This document shows, one piece after another, positions 1 to 12,057 of a stretch of DNA of 64,000 nt. A program made the position numbers and the translations under genes. The stretch covers positions 29,574,001 to 29,638,000 of the forward strand of contig OZ004607.1 in NCBI GenBank assembly GCA_963924565.1. The letters are read 5' to 3'. The notes under the pieces were generated by a model. The model was not told where the DNA came from. It searched no databases and saw nothing but the letters and a program-made list of their open reading frames with translations. How positions within the stretch are numbered: the first letter of the stretch is position 1; each line of letters opens with the position of its first letter. This DNA is from Ascidiella aspersa. Taxonomy: Eukaryota.

Positions 1-595
1 CCATAAGACATTTAAGTACACATGTGAAAAAGTGCAACTCTCCAATCCTCATACCGATTAGAATGCGATTATGTACACACACATATAATGAAAAGCGAAA
101 CATTGGCGCGCTGCGAAAAATCGCTCACTTGAAAATTAGGACCATTTCGAACGGAACACTCTTCTAGGATAAATACTGCGGGTAAATTTACCGAATTTTT
201 TTAGATATATGGATACCTCACGTAATTTGGTAAAAAATGAGAAAACTCAGAGCAAATTATGCCCTAGTTTTATCAGGCTTGATTATCATGACCAATTGGA
301 CTTGTATATAAAAAGATTGAAATAAAAGTTAAAACGATTTGTACTAGTGCTTGTTTTATGACGGTAAAGTTTCGTTTTTCAAAGGATATTTAACGTCAGG
401 CAAAATGGCGACCAATTTAAACGTGTCCACGACATTTTTAAAGGGGATTTTTTAAAGGTTATAAGGACTACTCTATTGTAAAATATTTCTAATACACGCA
501 AATAAAACGACGCATTTTCGGCTAGACCTTTTGAATTTTAACATATAAACAAGTTCATTTGAAATTATGCAACTATTTCTGTTTCCTTTTCGCAA

Positions 596-3500
596 TTACA
601 CGGGATTGCTCTTGAAGAATCCCTCGGCGCTGTCTTCGTTGTCAGCAGTGTTGACACTGGCCGGCAGTTTCTTGCCCTTTGGGTCCTCGTTGTGGTAGAA
701 GTCCTGGTCCATGCGAGCCCAATCCTGGACGTCGGTCTTGAGCGTTGCCAGGACGACAATGCCGCCGAACATGGACACACCCGCTCCCACGTAGAAGACG
801 ATCTTCCAAGCCTCACGCAGATCAGGCACCTGGTGAAGAAAGAGAAGAAGACATATGATGCAACAACTATGCGTGTCGTGGGTTTGGGGTTAAAAAGCTG
901 TGGCATTGATAACAGGGTTGCGTTAGGCTGAAAGTTTTTCGTATTTTCAAGTTTAACTTACAGGCTTGGAAATAATTTCTTTAGCTTGGATGAGGGTGTT
1001 AAACAAGAATGGGTTTAGGCCTAAATCTTGCTACGAATCTTCTGCTTGTAATGTATCTTAAAGTCATCGCGTGTTTCCAGAATGTGTCCGAAACAGTTTT
1101 GCTAAGTTCATGCTAATTTATGTGCTGAACACAAAACCCATTCATTTTAATGTAGAGCAGTTAGTTTCTACGAAAATCGTGAAATTTTAATAAACATGAC
1201 TTTTACAAAAAATCCAGTGGCCTGGATATCTCAAAACACACTTGTCACTATATCAGGATATACATTAGGATTATTTGGAACTTTACTATATGTCACGTTT
1301 AATATTTATCATGAAGCAACAATTGTGTCATTAAGTTATTGCTGTTTAATACAAGTCCAATTTATTGTATGCGCTTCGAAAGAACACGTTCGCTTTTTTA
1401 ATAAAACATGCCATATATTGTTATATATTAGCGAGCTGGAGCTGGAAAAAGGTTTAATGGTAAGCTACTGATATGCTCGATTGTTTCATTTGTAAAGGTA
1501 TAGTTGTTCTATTTATATGTGATCCAATTCAACTTACACTTCCAGTTACATATCCTGCCACCAGGGGTGCCACTTGTCCGGAGAAGGTGGCGAAGGTGTT
1601 TGTGAAGGAATAAAGGATTCCAGAATACCTCGGGGCGATTTCAACGTGGCACACCTGTTGAACAAAAAAACTATTTAGGTCTTTTAATAAATTTGTTATA
1701 ACTATAGTGTTGTTTCTACTGGCTTGTTGATCGTTTCGACAGTTGTGTTTTAATTGTTGCTGACAAATAAATACCATCTGCCTAGGTTTTTAATACAGCG
1801 GTATAGGTAAAATAGCGTAAACCAATATTTTTGTCTAAGTGAGTGTTTCTTGTGGAAGTCTATGTTTAACTTTAACAGGCGGTTCAGTTGGATCGCATAA
1901 AATTGTTCACCTCACAATTATCCAACGGGCATTGTCAATTATTTGTTAAATCGGCTAAAATCGACCTTTCCTATCAAATAAATTTGTTTAAATGGACCTA
2001 GTTAATATATTTGTTTAATCGAGTTCCTGTTCGTTCCTTGAAACTCACCTTAAATCCTGGCGTAGCGAATCCCCCAAAGCTGGCGGCCAGTGTGACGACG
2101 GTGATGGCAGCAACTGGGTTGCATCCAAGGTAGCCGGCCGAAATCAGGAAAATAGCAGGAACAAACTGGGCTGTGTACAAAATCTCGCCATTTAAATAAC
2201 ACGAGATTACATAGGAAAAATATATATGTATATAATACCTGGCCAAACATTTCGAAACTTTTGGCGAACATTTTAAGTTGGTTTAAGTTTGCGAAATTGC
2301 TCTTGCTGATTTATAGCGAAGTCATACAAAAAAGTCTGCTAAGGATATGCAAATATTTTTACTTGAACTATTAGTTTCCAAATAGGACCCTTATATGCCG
2401 TTCATCGGAGAACTATTTTGTTTAACAAATTCTGGAATTTGACAAATATTATAAAACGTAAATAGTATGGGTAATGCAAGAAGTCACGACAAGCCATTGT
2501 CAGAATAGCTGACCGTTTTGATTCTCGTGGACTTACCGATGACGATTAGGCATCGTCTCACGTTCAAAGTTGTCATCCAGCGTTTCTGGCGAATTGTGTC
2601 GGCCATCCATCCAGCAGTTGTCGTGAAGAACCAGAGCGAAATAAACGGAATCGCAGCGATGGCGCTATTCTGGAAAATGAAATTTACAGGCACGTGAAAG
2701 CACGCCGCATAAGATTGTTTAATTCTGTTGCTGGTATTTAGGTACAGTCTTTACTAAAGGATGGATTATGTTTGGTAATTTGGATTTCAAACAATTCGTG
2801 TTATGTATGTTGAATTGTTGGTCTATTCTGGATTTCAAACAATTGGCGTTATATATGGTGGTCTATTCAGTTACTTGTTCCAGGGTTGAGAAACTATCTA
2901 TGTCGAGTACAGCCCTTTTTTATTCCGTTCTGTGTCCAATTATTTCTACCCTTTCTTAGTAAAGTTATCTATGACTGTTATTCGCTTCATACCTAAGCGT
3001 TATCACATAAGAGTGCTCTGATATCCTGACTTATTAATCAGTACAAGTTGAAGTGAGCACTACTGACAAGAGTATGTTTCATGCTCTGTACCGTTTTAAT
3101 GTTGAATCCTAGCACTTGGTCGATGTAGGAGGGAAGGTTAGTGAGCAGGTTGTAGATGCCGTAGTTGGAGCAGAAGTGTCCGATAAAGAGACCCCAGAAG
3201 ATAGGAGAGGTAAAGATGCCTCTCCACGGGATGTCCAGGGCCTTGTTCTAAAACACGCATTTTTATTATTTTTCTTAATGTGGCAACTTCAGTATTTTAC
3301 TGTGAAAGTTAGTGGCCGTTAACCAATAGATCAACGAACTCTTACCTTTCATGTGCTAATATATTAAACAAGCACCCATCACATGTCATCATTAAAAAAA
3401 TAACCAACACTACTTTGAATTAATTTCCATTAGATGTTTTATTATTTTTCAAACAGAAATGATTTAAAACTATACCGTTGTGTTAGGCTTACGCAAAACT

Positions 3501-6376
3501 CTCATTCCATTCATTTAGCCAGTTAAAATTTAATATAGTGTTGTTTTGACTACGCTTAAGAATAAGACATTCTCCAATAAGACATACCAAGGCTACATAC
3601 CTTTGTATTCGTTCCAATGGACTGTTCGATGTATCGGCGCTCACGCTCCGAAATCCTGGGATGTTTGGCCGGCGAATCGTAGGCGAAGATGGCCCACAAG
3701 ACACACCAGCATAGGCCGGAGATTCCTGCGGAAGTGTATATGTAAATAAAGCAACCCAAGAATGGTTTTGCAGTGATTTGATTTTGTTAGCGTTAAGCTT
3801 GCAAACAAAGTTTATTAGGAAGAATAAGATCGCCAAAAAACGGACTGTTCACTAATACGATAGAAATTTGTGTCGCGCTCAATAACGAGAAGCAAGTGAG
3901 TAAATTATTCAGCGAAAATTACAGAAATAGTTTGCATGATCTACAAACGATGTCTTGTATTTCTATTTTTTTCGAAAATAATATATAACATATTTTTGTG
4001 CTCATCTTACCCATGACGTAGAAGATGGACGGCCAGCCTCCGGCGAAACCAAACCGTGCCAGGTAACCTGACAAGTTGTATGATATGGCTGTACCGATGT
4101 TCGTTCCTGTAAACACATAAATATGGTTTAACAACGCTTTTTCAATAAACCTTTTATTTTATTTGAACTCCGGGATATTACTTTATATATTGCTTATCAA
4201 AATAAAATTATACCAATTGCTTGCTCTTTACCTGTCATTGCAATCGAAATGAGTCGTGATCTAGCCATGGGTGGAGCCCACTTGCCCCACATCCCATGGT
4301 GAGCTGGATACATTGGACCCTGTAAGTGGAACAAGTCGATATTTTTATTACAAGAATAACAGACATGTGATTCCTAAGGGAAACTCGCATATAGACAGTT
4401 ATGGTTAGTATTGTTCGACAGTAAATACGGCACACAACAAACTGCTGTTTAATATGAATTGTTATCACGTTATGATTGTTTTTTTTGTAGATAAATCAGG
4501 TCGCACTATATAAAGACAGATTGTATCGAAATCTCGACAAATTTTCGCACAAGCGTTTTGTCTTTATATAGTCCCACCTGATTCATCTATTTTAAATTAA
4601 ACAAATACGGCTATTTACAAAGATTTATTTTTGTATAATTGATTAGGGGTTAATCATGTTAGGATTCGTCACAGGGTTTAAATCGCGATTCTAAAAAAGT
4701 CATGTCCTCTTACCTGAACGACACCCAACATGACGCGTGTGGCAATAAGTGCCCCAGGTCCCATGTTGGCCATGGTGGGGGTAAGCAGGGTGAGCAGCGA
4801 TCCGAGAAACACGGTGCCACCGAAGACAATCTTGCCCCCGAATCTGTGTTCCAGGTACCCTCCCAGGATTTGAGTGGTCCAGTAGCCGTAGAAGAAAGCC
4901 CCAAGAATCCAACCCCGAGTGGCCGAGTCCCACACGAAGGTGGGGGCTGTCTGCTTTACGAACGGATTATCTTCCTAAAGTAAAATAGGTATCGAAGGTA
5001 TTCTTTTATTGCTGACATTCTGCATTTTTAGTTTGTTTTGGGATACCGATAAAGTTAACAACACAAACTGATGCCGGTTGAGTTGAGATTACCTGAATAT
5101 TTGTTTAAAATTACGAAAAATGTGAGAAACATTTTAGAAATGGTAATTCTTTTGTGGCATCTTTTTTGTGTTTATAAAGACTTTTGGTCAGTTAGCAAAG
5201 TTTAAACCAATATTTTAAATGCAGATAAAGTTGGCAGACAAAAGAAATTGAAGTACTTCATCATCCTAAATATCAAATCCACCCCATTGCTAAATGTGAT
5301 TACCGAATACGCCAAGGACACACCTAAAAGCTGACTAGAAAACCGAAAGCTCATTTCAGCGGTCCCTTGGCTAACACTTTACGTTCCACAAAACAAAAAT
5401 AAAAGAAAAGTAAATGAAAAAAAACACCCGCTCTAGAATCTAACGAACTCACGTCTCGCTCGTGTTGCGCAGAGTGGAGGCTGGAATTCAGGAAGTCGTC
5501 CGACGAAACCACGGCGCTCTGCGCATAGTCGCAAGAGCTTAACGTGCGGTTCTTGCTCTTTAGGATCGACTTTGTGTCCACCATGGCCACCATGGCCACG
5601 CTCAGGTTGGCTCGCATCATGTACTGATGCATCATCCCAAAGAAGAAGAGCGCGGTCAAGATGAACCTGCAAAATTGCTAGCGCTTTTAGAAAAGGAATT
5701 TCGCGAGCGAGTATTGGGAGCTTGTTTACTGGAGAATAATATCTATATATTTGGAAATAGATCTATCAATGTATTATTGTATAAGTGTTATGATCTTAAA
5801 AAGGTGATCCTGTGTCCGAGAAGTCGCTTATTAGAAAGTTTGGATGGTATTCAATGTTTGCAAAGTGGTAGCTTTTTAATGGTTTACTACGCACATGTCT
5901 ATAATGTAGCTTGATAATGATTCTCAAACCACAAAGGTCTCATAGCCACAAAAGTCGAGTAAATCGGCATTAACTTGATAACGACGTTTCGATACGCATA
6001 CGTGTCACCACACCATCAGTTAAAGCTTGAAAACCAAGAGGAATATAGAGAATTAAGAGGAATATAGTTTCATTATTTTCATAATTTTTACGTTTTAAAC
6101 TTCGGAATTAACCTTTACCAAAAAAAACTAGCGCCTCTTCAGGATATTGAATTTTTGCTACTGAAACGTTTTATATAGGCTACACCACAACTACTAAACA
6201 AGAATCATATGTGTAATTACTTTTAACACAAACCATATTACGTGACGTCACGCTTACCTGCACTCAATCCAGTGTTCCATCCTGCGCATGCGCGATGACG
6301 TTGTGGAGACCTGCCGGTCGATCTTGGGGGGTCTTCCCCCGTTTGTCGAAACAATGCTTGAGTTGCGCACCGCCAT
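596..6376 (-). CDS. SLC17 family (sialin/NPT-like) MFS organic anion transporter, 11 coding exons, ~554 aa
   Basis: Exons (minus): 6376-6258, 5666-5453, 4974-4714, 4319-4232, 4106-4011, 3725-3601, 3247-3092, 2669-2537, 2170-2049, 1654-1538, 829-596. All are GT-AG with consistent phases (1665 nt). SLC17 motifs: MRANLSVAMVAMV, GWILGAFFYGY..TQILGGYL..RFGGK, WAPP, GWPSIFY, DSPAKHPRIS..ER.YI, PWRGIFTS, APRYSGIL, VQDWA. Exact orthology to SLC17A5 versus other SLC17 members is not established. Confidence 0.93.
999..1150. mobile_element. Degenerate TTAA-flanked MITE (Kolobok/piggyBac-like ends) in last SLC17 intron
   Basis: TTAAACAAGAATGGGTTT at 999 and AAACCCATTCATTTTAA ending at 1150 form imperfect inverted termini. 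Confidence 0.35.
4488..4589. mobile_element. ~100-bp hairpin MITE in SLC17 intron
   Basis: TAGATAAATCAGGTCGCACTATATAAAGACA ... TGTCTTTATATAGTCCCACCTGATTCATCTA: ~31-bp inverted repeats with 3 mismatches and TA ends. Confidence 0.7.
5950..6023 (-). repeat. Short dispersed repeat with degenerate Penelope-type hammerhead motif (copy 1)
   Basis: Minus strand reads TTAA CTGATGG...GACACG-tatg-CGTATC GAAA CGTC GTTATCAAG...; homologous to 27841-27910. Confidence 0.5.
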
Positions 6377-6599
6377 ATTTCTCGTTATCGAATTTGATTA
6401 AAATTGGACTAGCCCTATGGCACGACAAGGGTGTTACATTTGGACCTTGGCAACATAAAAAACTGAATAATAAATCCGCCATTTTCGTCAGAATTTTGTG
6501 TAATAACTAATGTTTTAAACTTAGGGTAGCGGCAGATAATCTTGTTAAATTACCGTGTTGCGGTCAGTAGTTTAGCAAATTGAAAGATTTGTTTTAACA

Positions 6600-7085
6600 A
6601 CAGTTAAATACTTCAACACCGAATTTCACAAGTTTGCATCAAATGAATTTTGTAAATTATTCTTGCTATGATTAGGACTAAATTAGTACGATGAAAGTCA
6701 AAATTGGAAAAAATTCTCGCTTTGATTGTGCACAGTGAGTACTTTAAAGAAATGTTTGACAAAAGTTACGCCATTGTAAGTAAATTTCATAAATTTCATA
6801 AGAGATAGATGTTGTAAATTAATCTTTATATGGTTATAACCAAATTTGTACGACGAAAGTCAAAATTGGACATTACTCCTGCATTTGCAGTCTAAAGTTA
6901 AATATTCGACAAAAGTGAAGCATTAGATTTAATTTTACAAGTTTACATAAAAGAGGCTTTGTAAATTATTTTTTACATGGTTATACCCAAGTGAGTACGA
7001 TGAAAGACAAAATTGAACATTACTCCAAGTGGAGTCTAAACTTAAATATTTAACAAAAGTTACGCATTAATTGGATTTTTAAGTT
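6600..7085. repeat. Degenerate tandem repeat, ~3 units of ~150-160 bp
   Basis: Core GTACGA(T/C)GAAAG(T/A)CAAAATTG recurs at 6686, 6848 and 6995, each preceded by TTGTAAATTA and followed by CAAAAGT..GCATT. Confidence 0.75.
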
Positions 7086-9974
7086 ATCCGCATTGACTAA
7101 AATCTATGCAGACTATAGACTCAGCGATTAGAACAATCTTGTCAAACTACATTTTCGCCGAGTTTGCGTTGGTCAAGCTCGGCACGACCCAAACAACCCT
7201 TTCCTGAAACCCGAATCCTCATAGTAAATAAAAGCCGACCGCCTGCTGGGAGCTCGATCAGCGAGTGAAGCAATGCACGGGAACCCGGTTGGGTTTGAAA
7301 TCATCGAGAAGCGACACGGAATTTCCTGCATTGATAGATCGCTCACAACCTATCCCTGCTTCCCTCTTCTCGTCCCACGGAAACCCAGGTCCCATTACTT
7401 ACGCCGACTTCGCGCAAAATCGGCGCCGACCTTAAGTAATTAACGCTGTCGCCTGATTTCCGCCGCCGATTCTCCCAGTCAAAATACTCTTTGCCGTGAT
7501 GTGCAGCTTGTAATTTCTTAGCCCCTTGTTGCAACGTACTGCATATCGGCAAAGCATTGTGTTGCTATAGGTGCGACCTTTAACAATGAACTTCGCCATG
7601 TTGCCAATTTGGGGAAGGATTCTATAATTTGGGGAAGGATTCTAAAAGAAGCTAACAATAACATTTGTTTCAGTCGTCAGGGATAAAACGTTTGTTACGG
7701 GACAATGTTCTCGTGTCAAATCTGTGTTTTGACAGGCCAAGTTACCTTTTTATTTTTGTTGTCGTTTTGTGTCGAAGTTTAAACCAGGCTCTCGAATTAC
7801 ATGGCAAGTGAAGATTTGATTTCTGTGTTTGGAATAAAACATAATGATTTTAAGATTTTTGGAACGTTGGTCACCTTACAAACAAAACAATCTTTTCCAG
7901 TACTTATGGTCACCATTTCCTTTCGCTATGATAAGAGCAAGAACTTCAGTAAGTTTTCTGTGTAGGTTACCATGTGTAAAGTTAAGAAGGAATAATATCT
8001 ATAAAAGTGCCTGCTCTTACTTCAAACATCATTCATCCGGCAATAAAAGGGCACATTTGTGTTGCTTGTGGAAGTGCGCTGCTAACGACTCATCAATTCT
8101 CTATCCATTTACGCTGGCAGGTTATATGATGAAGTATCCCATTGTTTACGATTTGGTTTAAATCCGGGAACTCAAAGCGTCTTTTGTGCCTGGAAACGCT
8201 TGAAAACAATTAGTCCTGATTCTCTAGCGCTCGGGAAATCGGATGTAGGCATACTTAATTCACGGTATTAACGCGAATGGCGGAATAACAACATTTCGCT
8301 CTTATGCCGTGTTGTAATTTGAATAATGGTCGGTGTGCAGTTGTTTGTAACTTTGAAAAAAGTCAAAGAAAGGTTATTTAAACTGTTATTTAATTTTTAA
8401 ATAGCTGCTGTGTTGCAATGGACGTGTAAATTTAAAATATAATTTATCACTAAAACACATAAATTGGCGTTTTGGTTTCAAACCTGTTATATGCCTTTGA
8501 ATATGTATTTGAAAAGTATAACTAAAATGAGAAAACAGATAATTTAAACAGGGTAGGTGGTACTTTCAAAGTCCAACCCAAATATACATGTTGTCTACTC
8601 CTAATTACGTTTTATTTTCGCCCTCTAAAATGGAAAATGTAGGCCCCAATTTAGTTTATAAAGGAAAACGTAAACATATTGTAAGCATACAATTCAAACA
8701 ACAAAATTAGAAAATATTTTCTTAGCATTTTTTTAGTCAGACAAAACTTTATCGCCCCAAGAAATGCATGGAACACCTAAACTGGAGTGCGTAAATATTT
8801 TGAGCAAATCCAAACGGTTAAAATCTTCCCGCCTAGTTCGCTTGATCGCTGAGGGCACCTTCATCTATGTGTGCAACCGCTTATCATTCACTCGCCGCAT
8901 TCTGTACTGACGGTGGAAGCGGAAAACCCCTATCATGCGAAGGCGGCGTGATCCATTGGCTAATGTGCCGCTGAGACTTTAGTCTGTTGCAAACTGATCG
9001 CGACCCGTCGTTTGAGACGGAACTCGTTTAAACGCCTTTGCCTTAAGTTCGGAGTTTTTCCACGACATGCAATGCCAACTGCGTTAGCGGCCTTTTTATG
9101 TAATGTGGTTAAGTCTACAAGCAAAACTGAGTTTCAGGGTTGAAGTATTTCGCGTGTTTGTGTTTATAATTCATTTAACAGACCCCCTTAAAAAGATTTC
9201 ACAGGCGACATGCGATTTCGTAGTTCTTCATAGAATATACATCAGGCCTGTACAACATACGGCTCTCTTGCTACCTTTATTGTGGCCCGCCTATGGCCCC
9301 CGATGTAATAATAGTTTTTTGGTTTATAATTTAGATTTTAAGTAGGTGTGAGCTTGTTTGTGTATTGCTCGATCACACATAGTTGCTGTAATGATTGGCG
9401 AAAACCAAAACTCGCATAGTTTCGTCACCACGAGGCCATTGTCACCCAAACCAAGCTTTTTACCATTTTTTTTTTATGTAAATCCTATTGTTTCAATTTA
9501 TATGCGGTATTTATTATATTTTTATCCGTTTCAAGGACATCTATTAAACCCTAAGGCACTATGACATGTTGCGCGGCGTGACTAATACCTTTAACACTAT
9601 AATTACCGGTGCGGTCATTTTGACCGTTTTTGATTTTCAATCGTTTATATCTCCGCTTAGGTAACTGTTAGAATATTGAAACTTCCTGACTTTTCCTAAG
9701 TCTATGTCACCTTTTGGTATTTAAATTTTTAGTTTATTAGAATAACCACAGTATGAGATAGGAATCGATTTATCTTAAAATACCGCCAACGGTCATTTTG
9801 ACCGTAAAGCAAATTATAATTCCTCCACGAATTATATCGCTTAAACGATAGCTATTTGTGTCGCTATTATTTTTAAACAACCATGGAACAATTGCTGCAG
9901 TAGCTGGTAACAGTTAGTCACATGTTAGTTCATAATTTTGACTCAACAATTCTTATCCAAATTCGATGGTTGAC

Positions 9975-10123
9975 GGAAGCAGAAAGCGAAAGTAATTCCA
10001 AACTAATGTGGACTGTCGACAAAATAAAATGCAAAAATGTGTTGTGGATGCCGTAGATTGGATTCCGGATAGTGTATAACTTGTGTAAAACTTGAATGTG
10101 TAGATTGCTCTAAGCGCTGCTAA
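9975..10123 (+). pseudogene. Relic of piggyBac transposase C-terminal cysteine-rich domain
   Basis: Reads GSRKRK*FQTNVDCRQNK, then a frameshift, then MCCGCRRLDSG*CITCVKLECVDCSKRC* (10037-10123). This C-x2-C pattern preceded by a basic NLS-like run is typical of the piggyBac CRD. Confidence 0.6.
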
Positions 10124-10584
10124 TTTTTTGGTTCTTGGATAGCTATTTGTGGTCGATGTGAAAAGCAGAATAATAAAAATGCCTGTTTGATATTTTTAAC
10201 CCAATTAAAAACTTATTGTTTTACAATCAATTTCAATATTCATGTTAGTTGTAAAGAAAACATACAAAAACAAATTCTCCTTACGCAGCTAAAAAGCAGG
10301 TTGAAAGCCAACAATGCATCAATTCGTAGACATGGCTTCTAAAGTATATTTCAGAACATGATATTATAATGGAGCCTACAGCGTATTAATTTAACACTTA
10401 CAAAGGATAAGGTCGCTCAATAGTAAAGGGAACTTATAGAATGAAATAAATCTAAATTATTATGACTTTTTTTTCTTTATTATACAAACGGTCATTTTGA
10501 CCGCTCGCGGTAATTCTAGGTGTATGGTGGCCCATGACTGCCATCCTGTTTTTTTTTCAATTTAACAAAAAAAAAATAATTGAA

Positions 10585-10765
10585 NNNNNNNNNNNNNNNN
10601 NNNNNNNNNNNNNNNNNNNNNNNNNNNNNNNNNNNNNNNNNNNNNNNNNNNNNNNNNNNNNNNNNNNNNNNNNNNNNNNNNNNNNNNNNNNNNNNNNNNN
10701 NNNNNNNNNNNNNNNNNNNNNNNNNNNNNNNNNNNNNNNNNNNNNNNNNNNNNNNNNNNNNNNNN
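10585..10765. other. Assembly gap (N run)
   Basis: Run of N bases in the left arm of the palindrome. Confidence 0.99.
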
Positions 10766-11808
10766 CAGGACTGCCATTCCCATATAAAACGCATTACGGT
10801 CGGACCATCACTGCCAATCATAGAATACCTTCTATTGTGTGCCGTTAAGTTCCAAGCCAGCGCAGGGAGGTTTGCCACTTAGTCTTTTAGGCCTTCTGGT
10901 GGGATTCACCAAAGGGAAGTTGGCAGAGTAAACAAGATATCGATTAGAAATTTTTACACATTACTCAAAGCAACCTAACTTAGCCAGCAATCAGACTTTT
11001 TTTAAAAAAAAACATAAAAATATTCATATTTATGAATATTAATATTCAGTAATATTCGGCCCTTAAATTAAAATGTGCCCTAAGTGACTTACATAGGGTG
11101 ATAGCTACGAGTCTACTCTTCAAAATGAGATATGACTCGACCACCAATTATTCGGGGATAAGTTATTAATATTCCTTCAAAAATTCATAAACGTCGAAAG
11201 TTTCAAATTTTGTCAAAACGTTTATAGGCTGCATCACTTAAGCAACCTGGCCGATCTTTCAATCAGGCTTTATCAAAACCTTGACAAGTTGTTATCAGGT
11301 TTAAGTTGGTTTTGCGCGGTCAACTTGTCAAGGTTTTGATAAAGCCTGATTGAAAGATCGGCCAGGTTGCTTAAGTGATGCAGCCTATAAACGTTTTGAC
11401 AAAATTTGAAACTTTCGACGTTGATGAATTTTTGAAGGAATATTAATAACTTATCCCCGAATAATTGGCGGTCGAGTCTTATCTCATTTTGAAGAGTAGA
11501 CTCGTAGCCACAGGGCACATTTTAATTTAAGGGCCGAATATTACTGAATATTAATATTCATAAATATGAATATTTTTATGTTTTTTTTTTAAAAGTCTGA
11601 TTGCTGGCTAATGTTGCTTTGAGTAATGTGTAAAAATTTCTAATCGATATCTTGTTTACTTTCGGAGATATTACGCAAAGAATTTCGAGCTGCCAACTTC
11701 GTGGCAAACCTCCCTGCGCTGGCTTGGAACTTAACAGCACACAATAGAAGGTATTCTATGATTGGCAGTGATGGTCCGACCGTAATGCGTTTTATATGGG
11801 AATGGCAG

Positions 11809-12057
11809 NNNNNNNNNNNNNNNNNNNNNNNNNNNNNNNNNNNNNNNNNNNNNNNNNNNNNNNNNNNNNNNNNNNNNNNNNNNNNNNNNNNNNNNNNNNN
11901 NNNNNNNNNNNNNNNNNNNNNNNNNNNNNNNNNNNNNNNNNNNNNNNNNNNNNNNNNNNNNNNNNNNNNNNNNNNNNNNNNNNNNNNNNNNNNNNNNNNN
12001 NNNNNNNNNNNNNNNNNNNNNNNNNNNNNNNNNNNNNNNNNNNNNNNNNNNNNNNNN
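11809..12057. other. Assembly gap (N run)
   Basis: Run of N bases in the right arm of the palindrome. Confidence 0.99.

Noticed and set aside
2779-2870. ~48-bp tandem duplication in an SLC17 intron (also ~31-bp duplication at 31496-31555)
   Set aside because: Ordinary local slippage duplications with no further structure.
6600-7085. Repeat with spacers as a possible CRISPR-like array
   Set aside because: The whole ~155-bp unit is homologous, not repeat plus unique spacer; an ordinary degenerate tandem repeat.
8810-9100. 7SK or other Pol III RNA (GATC motifs, terminal T run)
   Set aside because: The diagnostic 5'/3' stems could not be verified by eye, so it is kept only as an unexplained island.
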